From Chitinophagaceae bacterium UBA2789 (lineage in GTDB: Bacteria > Bacteroidota > Bacteroidia > Chitinophagales > Chitinophagaceae): a DNA stretch of 48,988 nt. The notes under the pieces were generated by a model. It did no database searches, was not told the origin of the DNA, and saw only the letters and a program-made list of their open reading frames with translations. Shown piece by piece: positions 1-8,983 of this stretch; within the stretch, counting starts at the first letter, position 1; every line of letters starts with the position of its first letter. A program made the position numbers and the translations under genes. The stretch is taken from NCBI GenBank assembly GCA_002352145.1, contig DEHX01000097.1:1-48988 (forward strand). Reading direction: 5' to 3'.

Positions 1-869
1 TGAATAAGCAAAACAGTATCACCCGGGTTAAAATTAGTATCATCTTCAACTGTAAGCTTATTTTCACAAGGGTAAAGAGACAATACCGGAGTATAACTGT
101 TAATTATACCACCTGTGGATTGGTTAACAAAACAAGAATCTATAAAAAAAGTGCAACTAGTATTTGTAGTGTTTAATACAGCATTGCCAAACTGAATACC
201 ATTATAGTTTGGGTTTCCTTGTTTATTTAAAAGATTATCGAATCGGTAATATGCAACAAGACCTGATTGTGTTGCCGGGTTAGGGAGACTGGTGTTCAGG
301 TAATTTTGTATTTGAGACTGTGTCCTCGCAATATTCCATATTCTAACTTCATTAATAAAACCTGTAAATGGAAAAATGGTTGGCGCACCTTCAGGCACAT
401 TCTGCCCAATTGTAGTAATCAGATTGTTTGTAATAAGATTACCTGATGCCGCAGTTTGACTGTGTAAAAAACCATTGCGATAAAATTTGAGCGTAGTGCC
501 ATCATATACCATGGCTACATGGTATGTTTTATTAAGTTGTATCGAACAACTTTCAAAAATCAGGTGGTGTCCGCTACCGGTAGTGGTAATAGCACAACCA
601 TTTGGCCAGAGAGCATAATTGGTATTTGCAGGACCTGTATGTTTAGAAACAAGGAACCCGTATCCACCTGCCGGATTCTCCGGTGCTGTTCTGTTAAAAT
701 TGACTTCAACTGTAATGTGTGTGCCAGCGATATCCAGATCCCCTATTCTGATATATGAAGGCTCTGATGGAGTATTAAGCCAATTATTGCAAGGGAGTTG
801 TGCAAAAATTGATGTGGAATAAAGAAAAAAGATCAATAACGGATTTGCCTTCTTCGTAAAATTCTGCAT
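1..869 (-). CDS. Exported LamG-like jellyroll (concanavalin A-like) domain protein; 3' end lies beyond the left edge
   Basis: Not in the ORF track. Manual translation from ATG at 869 stays open to the edge: MQNFTKKANPLLIFFLYSTSIFAQLPC (signal peptide ending FA-Q), then LamG-type motifs TYHVAMVYDGTTLKFYRNG, FTGFINEVRIWNIART and GLVAYYRFD, ending NPGDTVLLIQ. Confidence 0.85.
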   Translation of the reverse strand, partial: MQNFTKKANPLLIFFLYSTSIFAQLPCNNWLNTPSEPSYIRIGDLDIAGTHITVEVNFNRTAPENPAGGYGFLVSKHTGPANTNYALWPNGCAITTTGSGHHLIFESCSIQLNKTYHVAMVYDGTTLKFYRNGFLHSQTAASGNLITNNLITTIGQNVPEGAPTIFPFTGFINEVRIWNIARTQSQIQNYLNTSLPNPATQSGLVAYYRFDNLLNKQGNPNYNGIQFGNAVLNTTNTSCTFFIDSCFVNQSTGGIINSYTPVLSLYPCENKLTVEDDTNFNPGDTVLLI

Positions 870-879
870 GTTTTAGCTA

Positions 880-2223
880 TTACTTGAAATAGACAACACC
901 AGTATAGTTGTGCGGACTTATTTTCTTAAGCTCCCTCTTTATTTCATCTTTTATTTTGAGTTTATCTATGAACTGGTGAATGGCTTTTTTATCAATCTTA
1001 TTATTTCCCCTTGTCAGATCCTTTAAGGCTTCATATGGGTTAGGATAATTTTCTCTTCGTAGTATTGTTTGTATGGCTTCTGCTACAACCGCCCAATTAT
1101 TTTCGAGGTCTTCATAAATCTTTGTGTCATTAATAACCAATTTGCCTAATCCTTTTTCAATTGACCTGAAAGCGATTAATGTATGTGCAAATGGTACGCC
1201 GATATTTCTCAAAACAGTTGAATCTGTAAGGTCCCGTTGCAGGCGGGAAACAGGTAGTTTGGCAGAGAGGAACTCAAATAATGAATTGGCAATTCCCAGA
1301 TTGCCTTCTGCATTTTCGAAATCAATCGGGTTTACTTTGTGAGGCATGGCAGAGGAGCCTACTTCTCCCTTTTTTGTCTTTTGACGGAAATATTCCATTG
1401 ATACATAACTCCATGTATCCCGGCAAAAATCAGTAAGGATATTGTTGATCCTTTTCATACAATCAAAATGAGCTGCCAGGTTATCATAATGCTCGATCTG
1501 TGTTGTAAACTGCTGCCGGGTGAGGCCTAAATGCCTTACAAAATCATTTCCAAATTTTATCCAGTCTGTTTTTGGAAATGCAACATGATGAGCATTAAAG
1601 TTACCTGTCGCCCCCCCAAACTTACCGGTAAAAGGAATTCCGATAAATTGCTCAATCTGGTTTTGTATCCGCTCCACGAATACCATTATTTCTTTGCCCA
1701 GCCTGGTGGGACTGGCAGGTTGTCCGTGTGTATGTGCCAACATAGGAATGTCTTTCCATTCTTCTGCCAGCAATTTCAATTCTGTATTAAGGTTAAGCAA
1801 GGCGGGTAGGTACTCATATTCAATGGCATGCTTCCATGAAAGCGGAATAGCAGTGTTATTTATGTCCTGTGAGGTAAGCCCGAAATGTACCCATTCTTTG
1901 GCTGCCTGTCCCCCGCATTTTTCCAGCTCATTTTTAAGAAAATATTCAACTGCCTTAACATCATGATTGGTAGTAAATTCAATTTGTTTAATTTCCTGGG
2001 CATCTTCCGGGCCAAAATCTTCCAGCAGTTTTTGAAGGTGTTTAGTGGTTTTGCCCGGAAGTTTAAAGATTTTTTTCTTTTCCAGGAATAACAGGTACTC
2101 CACCTCCACCATTACCCGGTATTTCATTAAGCCGTATTCTGAGAAGTATTCATCCAAATGCTGTACTTGTTTGCGATAACGGCCGTCAACGGCTGAAATA
2201 GCGGTTAGATTCGTAAGTTCCAT
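880..2223 (-). CDS. purB: Adenylosuccinate lyase
   Basis: Fumarate-lyase superfamily signature GSSAMPHKVNPIDFEN, plus TNHDVKAVEY and SRLQRDLTDS. Confidence 0.97.
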   Translation of the reverse strand: MELTNLTAISAVDGRYRKQVQHLDEYFSEYGLMKYRVMVEVEYLLFLEKKKIFKLPGKTTKHLQKLLEDFGPEDAQEIKQIEFTTNHDVKAVEYFLKNELEKCGGQAAKEWVHFGLTSQDINNTAIPLSWKHAIEYEYLPALLNLNTELKLLAEEWKDIPMLAHTHGQPASPTRLGKEIMVFVERIQNQIEQFIGIPFTGKFGGATGNFNAHHVAFPKTDWIKFGNDFVRHLGLTRQQFTTQIEHYDNLAAHFDCMKRINNILTDFCRDTWSYVSMEYFRQKTKKGEVGSSAMPHKVNPIDFENAEGNLGIANSLFEFLSAKLPVSRLQRDLTDSTVLRNIGVPFAHTLIAFRSIEKGLGKLVINDTKIYEDLENNWAVVAEAIQTILRRENYPNPYEALKDLTRGNNKIDKKAIHQFIDKLKIKDEIKRELKKISPHNYTGVVYFK

Positions 2224-2252
2224 GATATTTTTATTAAAGAAGGCTGACCCTT

Positions 2253-2274
2253 TACCTTTGCAGCCACAAAAGTA
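2253..2274. promoter_or_regulatory. Overlapping divergent Bacteroidota -7 boxes for mqnA (+) and purB (-)
   Basis: TACCTTTG at 2253-2260 on + and TACTTTTG at 2274-2267 on -, both exact TAnnTTTG matches within a 57-nt intergenic gap. Confidence 0.7.
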
Positions 2275-2280
2275 ATTTAA

Positions 2281-3027
2281 TTGGAGAAGATTCGTGTTGG
2301 CATAGTTAACTACCTTAATACAAAGCCATTAATCTATGGGTTAGATAAACCCCCGGTTGCCAACCTTATTGAACTTGTAGGTGATTATCCCTCCAGGGTT
2401 GCAGAGTTGCTAATAAAAGGAGAAGTGGATATTGGTCTGATACCGGTTGCGGTAATACCCCAGCTTCCGACAGCCCATGTGGTAGGTAATTATTGTATCG
2501 GAACCGAAGGCGAAATTGCTTCTGTTGCGCTTTTCAGTGAGGTACCAATGTACGAAATAAAAAAGGTTTATCTCGATTACCAAAGCCGTACTTCAGTGGC
2601 CCTGCTAAAATATCTAATGAAAGAATACTGGGGTATCAATCCTGAAATCGTCGAGGCGGTAGATGAAGATTATAGAAAGGAAATTAAAGGCACTACTGCC
2701 GGGTTGGTTATAGGTGACAGGGCACTTGAACAGCGAAAGATTTCTACTTTTATTTACGATCTGGGCTCTGAATGGAGGAAAATAACAGGGTTGCCTTTTG
2801 TTTTTGCAGCGTGGGTTAGTTTAAAGCCATTACCGCAGGATTTCATTACCCTGTTTGACAAGGCTAATGCTGAAGGGCTTCTGCATATTGATGAAATCGT
2901 GTTGAATACTCCTTATGAGTTATATGACCTGAAAAAATATTACCAATTGCATTTAAGCTATGATCTGGACGATGCAAAACAGAGAGGAATGAATCATTTT
3001 CTCAGCGTAATTAAGGAGATAGAATAG
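2281..3027 (+). CDS. mqnA: Chorismate dehydratase MqnA family protein (futalosine menaquinone pathway), TTG start
   Basis: Motifs YLNTKPL, SRTSVALL, LVIGDRAL and DLGSEWRKITGLPFVFAAW. Confidence 0.88.
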   Translation: MEKIRVGIVNYLNTKPLIYGLDKPPVANLIELVGDYPSRVAELLIKGEVDIGLIPVAVIPQLPTAHVVGNYCIGTEGEIASVALFSEVPMYEIKKVYLDYQSRTSVALLKYLMKEYWGINPEIVEAVDEDYRKEIKGTTAGLVIGDRALEQRKISTFIYDLGSEWRKITGLPFVFAAWVSLKPLPQDFITLFDKANAEGLLHIDEIVLNTPYELYDLKKYYQLHLSYDLDDAKQRGMNHFLSVIKEIE

Positions 3028-3035
3028 GAATTAAT

Positions 3036-3878
3036 TTAAACTACTTGCTGTTTCCTGAAGCAGAAAATATTTAATTGTATCTGATAGGGGATTGCCGGGT
3101 CTTTTACTTTGGAAAATGGATGTTCGTAAATGGCCTGTGCTTCCTTAATATAATAATTGAAACCAGCCCTGGTCAGTATCTGGAAAATCTGAGTCAGTTC
3201 TTCCTGTTGATCGTAGAGGCCATGGTATTCAATAAACATATTATTTATAACGTTCAGTTTTTCTTCGATGTCGCTCAATACTTTGAATTCGGCTCCTTCA
3301 ATATCGATTTTGAGAAAGTCAACTTTATCTGTCAGCAGGTCTTTTAATCTTATTGCTTTCACTTTTCTTACGCCAGTTACTCCGGATTCTTCAATTCGGC
3401 TTGACATTGACGCATCTTCCGAGAACTCAATTTCAGTGTTGGCAATCCATATAGCCTCTTTTCTTAATTCAATGTTTTTATAACTCCTTGCAGCAACGTT
3501 TTTTGATAATAGCTCAAAATTTTTTTCGTCGGGCTCAAATGCGGTTATCCGGGCATCCGGGTATAGTTCTTTCAGATAAATTACACTCAGGCCAATATTT
3601 GCCCCGCAATCCAGCACCCGGGCGTCAGATGGGAGTTGTTGCTTATATATTTCATCAACAAAGATCTCTTTTATGCCGTGCAGGAACTCCTGGGGATTGT
3701 AAAAGTAGGTGCTTGCTCCATAAAGAATATGAGAATTTAATTTTCCCGGGGGCAGATGTTTTAGATATTTTACTTTAAAATAGTTAAGGTTTGCTTTTTG
3801 GTACGGATTTTTTAAAGATTTATTGATTCTGTGACGAATCCCGGTTTTTATATTTTTAAAGAATGATCCTTTATTCAT
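3036..3878 (-). CDS. FkbM family SAM-dependent methyltransferase
   Basis: VLDCGANIG, AFEPD and FLKIDIEGAE motifs. Confidence 0.92.
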   Translation of the reverse strand: MNKGSFFKNIKTGIRHRINKSLKNPYQKANLNYFKVKYLKHLPPGKLNSHILYGASTYFYNPQEFLHGIKEIFVDEIYKQQLPSDARVLDCGANIGLSVIYLKELYPDARITAFEPDEKNFELLSKNVAARSYKNIELRKEAIWIANTEIEFSEDASMSSRIEESGVTGVRKVKAIRLKDLLTDKVDFLKIDIEGAEFKVLSDIEEKLNVINNMFIEYHGLYDQQEELTQIFQILTRAGFNYYIKEAQAIYEHPFSKVKDPAIPYQIQLNIFCFRKQQVV

Positions 3879-3926
3879 GATTTCCGGTTTTACCGATTTT
3901 ACAAGTATATTAGCCCTTTTAATTCG

Positions 3927-4820
3927 ATGATATCTATAATAATTTGTTCAATTAGCCCTGAATTTCTTGGGCAAGTAAAGGAAAATATTTCAGATACCAT
4001 CGGGCTGGAATATGAATTACTTGTTTGGGATAACCGGCAGGCAAATATCGGGCTTTGCGAAGTATATAACCGGATGGCTGGGCAGGCAAAATTCGAGTTC
4101 ATTTGTTTTCTCCATGAGGATATTTATTTTGAGCGAACTGGATGGGGCATTGACTTAATTTCCTTATTCAACAGCAGAAATGAGTTAGGGGTAATAGGTG
4201 TTGCAGGAAGTAAATATAAATCTGCAGCTTACTCCGGATGGTACACAGGCATTGGGGATTTTGATTGTGCGGATTTAGTTCATATTGAAAGAGGGAAGGT
4301 AAGGCATATCTATCTTAAGCCAGATATAGATCATAATACACACTATGAAGATGTAGTTTGTATTGATGGGGTATTTATTTGTTGTCGAAAGGAAATTTGG
4401 CAGAAAATAAGATTTAATGATAATGACCTCAAAGGATTTCATTACTACGATTTAGATTTCAGTCTGAGGGCATCTCAAATTTGTAGTGTCAGTGTATTAT
4501 ATAATCTTAAACTTGTTCATGTTACTAATGGCGGGGATTTTGGCGATAAGTGGGTTGTCACAACATTTCATTTTCATAAATATTTTTTGAACAGGCTCCC
4601 GGTAATTTTGCCTGACATTAAAGTGTCAGAAAAAGCAGAATTCAAGATCAAGAAAATATGGCTTGATGTACTGAAAAGCCAGCATATTTCTTTTAAAAAC
4701 AAGCTAAGATGGATTTTCAATGAAAATCTGTATTCTAATTTTAAGTTGCTTTATTCAATATTCAAGTTCTTATTTTACAAACCATTAGGTTTGCGTTATA
4801 TTCATAAAAGAGGAACATAA
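3927..4820 (+). CDS. GT2-like (GT-A fold) glycosyltransferase
   Basis: N-terminal ISIIICS, FICFLHED and GFHYYDLDFSL motifs. Confidence 0.85.
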   Translation: MISIIICSISPEFLGQVKENISDTIGLEYELLVWDNRQANIGLCEVYNRMAGQAKFEFICFLHEDIYFERTGWGIDLISLFNSRNELGVIGVAGSKYKSAAYSGWYTGIGDFDCADLVHIERGKVRHIYLKPDIDHNTHYEDVVCIDGVFICCRKEIWQKIRFNDNDLKGFHYYDLDFSLRASQICSVSVLYNLKLVHVTNGGDFGDKWVVTTFHFHKYFLNRLPVILPDIKVSEKAEFKIKKIWLDVLKSQHISFKNKLRWIFNENLYSNFKLLYSIFKFLFYKPLGLRYIHKRGT

Positions 4821-5771
4821 GTGGACAGGCCATTCATCTCAATTTGTATTCCTGCCTATAAGAATGAGGAATTTCTTAGCAGGTTGCTTGACTCAATCCG
4901 AATCCAGGATTACAGGGATTTCGAGGTGATTATATCGGATGACAGCCCGGACTTTAGATTAAAAGAGCTGGTCGAAACTTATAGAAAGTATTTTACAATC
5001 TTTTATATAAAAAATGAAAAACCATTAGGCTCGCCGGTAAATTGGAATAATGCCATTTCACATGCAAAAGGTAAATGGATAAAGCTGATGCATGATGATG
5101 ACTGGTTTGTTGACAGCAGTAGTCTCCATAAGTTTGCTTATCAGGCTATCAATGGACAATCATCTTTTATTTTTAGTGGCTTTTATAACGTAAAAGCCAG
5201 TGATAAGTCAATGAGTAAACAACAGATTGGTTTTGTTGATAGAATATTATTGAAGAAAAACCCGATTTATTTATTGCGTAAGAATTTTGTCGGTCATCCA
5301 AGTACGACAATAATAAAAAATGAAAATATCAAATGGTACGATGAAAGATATAAGTGGGTAGTGGATATCGAGTTTTATATCCGGAGTTTTAGAAGAGATA
5401 ACCGTTATACCATTATTAAAACCCCATTGGTAAATCTGGGTATCAGCGACCAGCAAATTACCTCAGCTGTATTCAGAAGACCAGAAGTAGAGATTCCGGA
5501 GAATATTAGTTTGTTGAATGATATTTCGCCAGGCTCTTTAAAAAATATTTTCGCTTATGATTATTACTGGCGTTTTATAAGAAATTTATCCATACGAAGT
5601 ACAGAGGGAATTCATAAGTATTATGATAGTATTGCAGTTCCACCCATACTTAAATTCATGATAAAGCAACAGGCAAGAATACCATTTAATCTAACCCGTA
5701 TTGGCATGGTGTCAAAAATAACAATGTTATTTACCTATTTGTGGAATAGATTTAAAGGGAGAATAAAATGA
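4821..5771 (+). CDS. GT2 family glycosyltransferase, GTG start abutting the upstream stop
   Basis: ISICIPAYK, EVIISDDS, WIKLMHDDD and VDIEFY motifs. Confidence 0.92.
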   Translation: MDRPFISICIPAYKNEEFLSRLLDSIRIQDYRDFEVIISDDSPDFRLKELVETYRKYFTIFYIKNEKPLGSPVNWNNAISHAKGKWIKLMHDDDWFVDSSSLHKFAYQAINGQSSFIFSGFYNVKASDKSMSKQQIGFVDRILLKKNPIYLLRKNFVGHPSTTIIKNENIKWYDERYKWVVDIEFYIRSFRRDNRYTIIKTPLVNLGISDQQITSAVFRRPEVEIPENISLLNDISPGSLKNIFAYDYYWRFIRNLSIRSTEGIHKYYDSIAVPPILKFMIKQQARIPFNLTRIGMVSKITMLFTYLWNRFKGRIK

Positions 5772-6892
5772 AAATTGCCGTAAATACCAGATTACTCCGT
5801 AAAGGGAAATTGGACGGCATAGGCTGGTTTGCCTTTAACACTTTGCAATATATAACAAGGAAAAATCCGGAAGTTGAATTTCATTTTTTCTTTGATTCAG
5901 GAATTGAAAAAGAATTTCTATTTGGCCACAATGTTATTCCTCATAATCTTTTTCCGCCCGCAAAACATGCTGCACTAAATATTCTATGGTCTGAGGTAAG
6001 TGTAAAGGCCAAACTTAATTCAATCAAACCAGATTTATATTTTTCACCGGATGGTATGCTGTGCCTTGGATGGCAAGGGAGGCAATATGCAGTTATTCAT
6101 GATATAAACTTTATGCACTATCCAGAGTTTCTTAAATATTCGAACCGGAAATATTACCGGTATTATTTTCCAAAATTTGCAAAAAAAGCCAGTAGAATAG
6201 CTACCGTTTCTTCTTACAGCAAAGAAGATATTGTAAAGACATTTGGTATTGAAGAGGACAAAATAGATGTAGTTTACTGCGGAATAAATTCATTTTTTAA
6301 GCCATTGAGTATTGATGAAATTTCTGCTATTCGGAATAAATATACTTCTGGAGAACTCTATTTTCTTTTTGTTGGTGCTTTAAGCCCAAGAAAAAATGTG
6401 AAAGGGCTACTTCAGGCTTTTGAATTTTTTAAAAAGGAAACTGCTTCCAGGTTCAAATTAGTAATAGCAGGGAGTGAAATGTATCGATCAGGAGAGTTGA
6501 TTGACTATAAAAATACTATGACGTTTGGCCAGGATGTTATTTTCACAGGAAGAGTAAATGACCAGACGCTTAATGATATCTATGGCGCAGCACATGCATT
6601 TGTATTTGTTCCTTTTTTTGAAGGATTTGGAATCCCTTTAATTGAAGCAATGCAATGTCATGTGCCTGTAATTGCTTCAAATGTAACATCTTTACCTGAA
6701 GTTGCTGGTGAAGCAGCTATATTGGTAGATCCTGCAAACATTAATGAAATTAAAAACGCAATGATCAGGATTTATAATAATGATGATTTGCGCAATGATC
6801 TGATTAAAAGGGGTGATATACAAAAAAAGCTGTTTTCATGGGAGAGAACTGCTGATCTTTTATGGGAAGGCATAAATAAGTGCCTTTACTGA
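5768..6892 (+). CDS. GT4 (GT-B fold) glycosyltransferase
   Basis: FVGALSPRKN and FEGFGIPLIEAMQC motifs. ATGA-type overlap with the upstream gene. Confidence 0.93.
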   Translation: MKIAVNTRLLRKGKLDGIGWFAFNTLQYITRKNPEVEFHFFFDSGIEKEFLFGHNVIPHNLFPPAKHAALNILWSEVSVKAKLNSIKPDLYFSPDGMLCLGWQGRQYAVIHDINFMHYPEFLKYSNRKYYRYYFPKFAKKASRIATVSSYSKEDIVKTFGIEEDKIDVVYCGINSFFKPLSIDEISAIRNKYTSGELYFLFVGALSPRKNVKGLLQAFEFFKKETASRFKLVIAGSEMYRSGELIDYKNTMTFGQDVIFTGRVNDQTLNDIYGAAHAFVFVPFFEGFGIPLIEAMQCHVPVIASNVTSLPEVAGEAAILVDPANINEIKNAMIRIYNNDDLRNDLIKRGDIQKKLFSWERTADLLWEGINKCLY

Positions 6893-7821
6893 TAGGTGAT
6901 TACTAATTTTGGATGCTTGCCCGTATTCGAATATTTACTTGAACAAAATATCCTGGAGTTATAAGGTGTTTCATTTTGCAGGCCGATTATGAAGCCATGA
7001 TTTCCTGTAGCAACCATAGCTGCTACCTGGTTTTTAACATCTATATTCGTCAGGTCAAGAAATGAGGCCGAAGTATGTGGTATTAACACCTGGTCCGAAA
7101 CAGAAGAGGCTGGTTGGTTATTCCAGGTAATTGTAGAAGCAGTCCAGTTGGACAACAGCCTGCGTATATACATTGCATTATTTGTCCCAAAATTAGCATC
7201 AACATGGTTTCCGTTTAAAGGAGTTGGGTTAGAATAAAGTGTAAGACTGGCAGTTAAAATGGTTGCTGAAGCCGGTATTGAGCTTAAATCAAATTTTAAA
7301 GCACCTCTGAAATCATAAGGTGCACCTCCGGAGGTCCACGATGCAGCCACTAGTTCCGGAGCTGTAGGATCTGTTTGTGACACTCCTCCCAAAACAGCAA
7401 AATGAACTTCATTTGTATTATTCGCTGGCTGTAAAGAAAGTGTTTGTATAGGGGCCTGTGAACAAATGATTTTGGTTGTATCCACTCCAGTCAATCCGGC
7501 ATTATCTACTACCATTAATTGAAAAATGTAAGTACCGGCAATAACTCCTGTTATGGTTGTAGTGGGTGAACCCGGTGAGGTCACTACAGGAACATTTGGA
7601 CCTGAAACAAGACTCCACAAATAAGCAGTAATGGTTCCGTTCGTTGTAGTGCCTGAGCCGGTAAGGGTTATGGAAGCTTGTGGTAGTTGAACTGTTTGAT
7701 TAGGTCCTGCATTTGCTGTAGGTGGTGATTGTAACAGCTGCTCATCAGTTTCTTTTTGACAACTCCAGAATAATATACCGCTTAAAACAGCTGCCAGGGT
7801 ACTTTTTAGATAAGGCTTCAT
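6886..7821 (-). CDS. Lipoprotein with a PKD/K319L-like Ig domain and a C-terminal DNRLRE (CBM96-like) domain
   Basis: Start moved to ATG 7821: MKPYLKSTLAAVLSGILFWSC with lipobox Cys. PKD motifs PPTANAGPNQTV and GTYIFQLMVVD. DNRLRE motifs RGALKFDLSSIP, TITWNNQP and PKLVITY. Confidence 0.8.
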   Translation of the reverse strand: MKPYLKSTLAAVLSGILFWSCQKETDEQLLQSPPTANAGPNQTVQLPQASITLTGSGTTTNGTITAYLWSLVSGPNVPVVTSPGSPTTTITGVIAGTYIFQLMVVDNAGLTGVDTTKIICSQAPIQTLSLQPANNTNEVHFAVLGGVSQTDPTAPELVAASWTSGGAPYDFRGALKFDLSSIPASATILTASLTLYSNPTPLNGNHVDANFGTNNAMYIRRLLSNWTASTITWNNQPASSVSDQVLIPHTSASFLDLTNIDVKNQVAAMVATGNHGFIIGLQNETPYNSRIFCSSKYSNTGKHPKLVITYQ

Positions 7822-7868
7822 TAGTTTGTTGTAAATATTGAACAGTAAGTTACTTTTTTTTACTCTAA

Positions 7869-8975
7869 TTATAGACTGAGCTTCAATTTTTTTATGATCT
7901 GATCCCAATTATAGAGTGAATAAAACTCCGCTGGTGTGGCTTCTTTTGTTTCTGTATACATGATCCGGTTTACAAATGTCTCCCAATCATTGTCGTCTAC
8001 AATGGTAAGTTTCTTACCACAAACCGACTTTTCTATTCCGGCTGCCCCGGTTTTTGTGGCTATGACAGTAGCACCAAAAGCAATAGCTTCAACCATTTTG
8101 GTCTTTACACCACCGCCACTTTGTACCGGGTTGAGCATAATGTCTGCCGCTTTAAAATAAATAGTGATGTCATCTACAAAGCCCGCATAGATGATATTTT
8201 TATCTGCATAGGATTTGAGGTTATTCATTTCATCCGGCAAGCCTTTGCCACAGATGACAATCTTGTATTTGAAACCTTCTTTTTTTATCAGAAGTGGGTT
8301 TATGTTTTCAAGGATAACTTTTAGCGCATCCCTATTGGGTTTATAATTTAATAAACCATTAAACAAAAGTATTTTTTCTTCAACGGGAATATTATGTTTT
8401 CCAGCTATTTGATTCCGGTATTGCAATCTGTTTTCAGGATATTTCTCTATTTCAACACCGAAAGGAACATCGAAGCACCTTGTGGGTTCAATTTTCCAGG
8501 TATTAATGGCGAACGATTTGTCTTCGGGAGTAATAAAAAAAATTCCATCTGCTTTTTTCAAACAGCTTTTTTCATACCATTTTAGAATGGGCCACCACCA
8601 GCGGCCTGTACTTTTGAAACGCTGGTATTCGATATTATGCGTATGAATCAAGGTTTTTATCCCGGTTCTTTTTCTGACCCGGTAAGCAAGCCAGGCATAA
8701 TAAGGATGCTCCCATATTACCGTATCGAAACCACCTTCACTTACTATTGCCGCGATTTTTTTAATAAGGCTCCTGTCATAATAGCGGGAAAATGATCTTT
8801 TTAAAAGCGGAATCGTTTTATAGGAAGTAGCCAGCGAAAAATCATTTCCCTCCGTAGAAATAACGGTGAGGTCGGTTTCTTTTCCCAGGTTGTGATAAAA
8901 CTGCGCAATGAACTTTTGGCCCCCTGAAAAGTAAGGAAGATAAGGATAAGGGGCTATGGCAAGAACCTTTTTCAT
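7869..8975 (-). CDS. GT4 family glycosyltransferase
   Basis: Start moved to ATG 8975 (MKKVLAIAPYP). HTHNIE and GGGVKTKMVEAIAFG motifs. Confidence 0.9.
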   Translation of the reverse strand: MKKVLAIAPYPYLPYFSGGQKFIAQFYHNLGKETDLTVISTEGNDFSLATSYKTIPLLKRSFSRYYDRSLIKKIAAIVSEGGFDTVIWEHPYYAWLAYRVRKRTGIKTLIHTHNIEYQRFKSTGRWWWPILKWYEKSCLKKADGIFFITPEDKSFAINTWKIEPTRCFDVPFGVEIEKYPENRLQYRNQIAGKHNIPVEEKILLFNGLLNYKPNRDALKVILENINPLLIKKEGFKYKIVICGKGLPDEMNNLKSYADKNIIYAGFVDDITIYFKAADIMLNPVQSGGGVKTKMVEAIAFGATVIATKTGAAGIEKSVCGKKLTIVDDNDWETFVNRIMYTETKEATPAEFYSLYNWDQIIKKLKLSL

Positions 8976-8983
8976 GGATCTGT

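Noticed and set aside
519-822. Short plus-strand ORFs at the left edge
   Set aside because: They are antisense to the LamG CDS that runs off the window.
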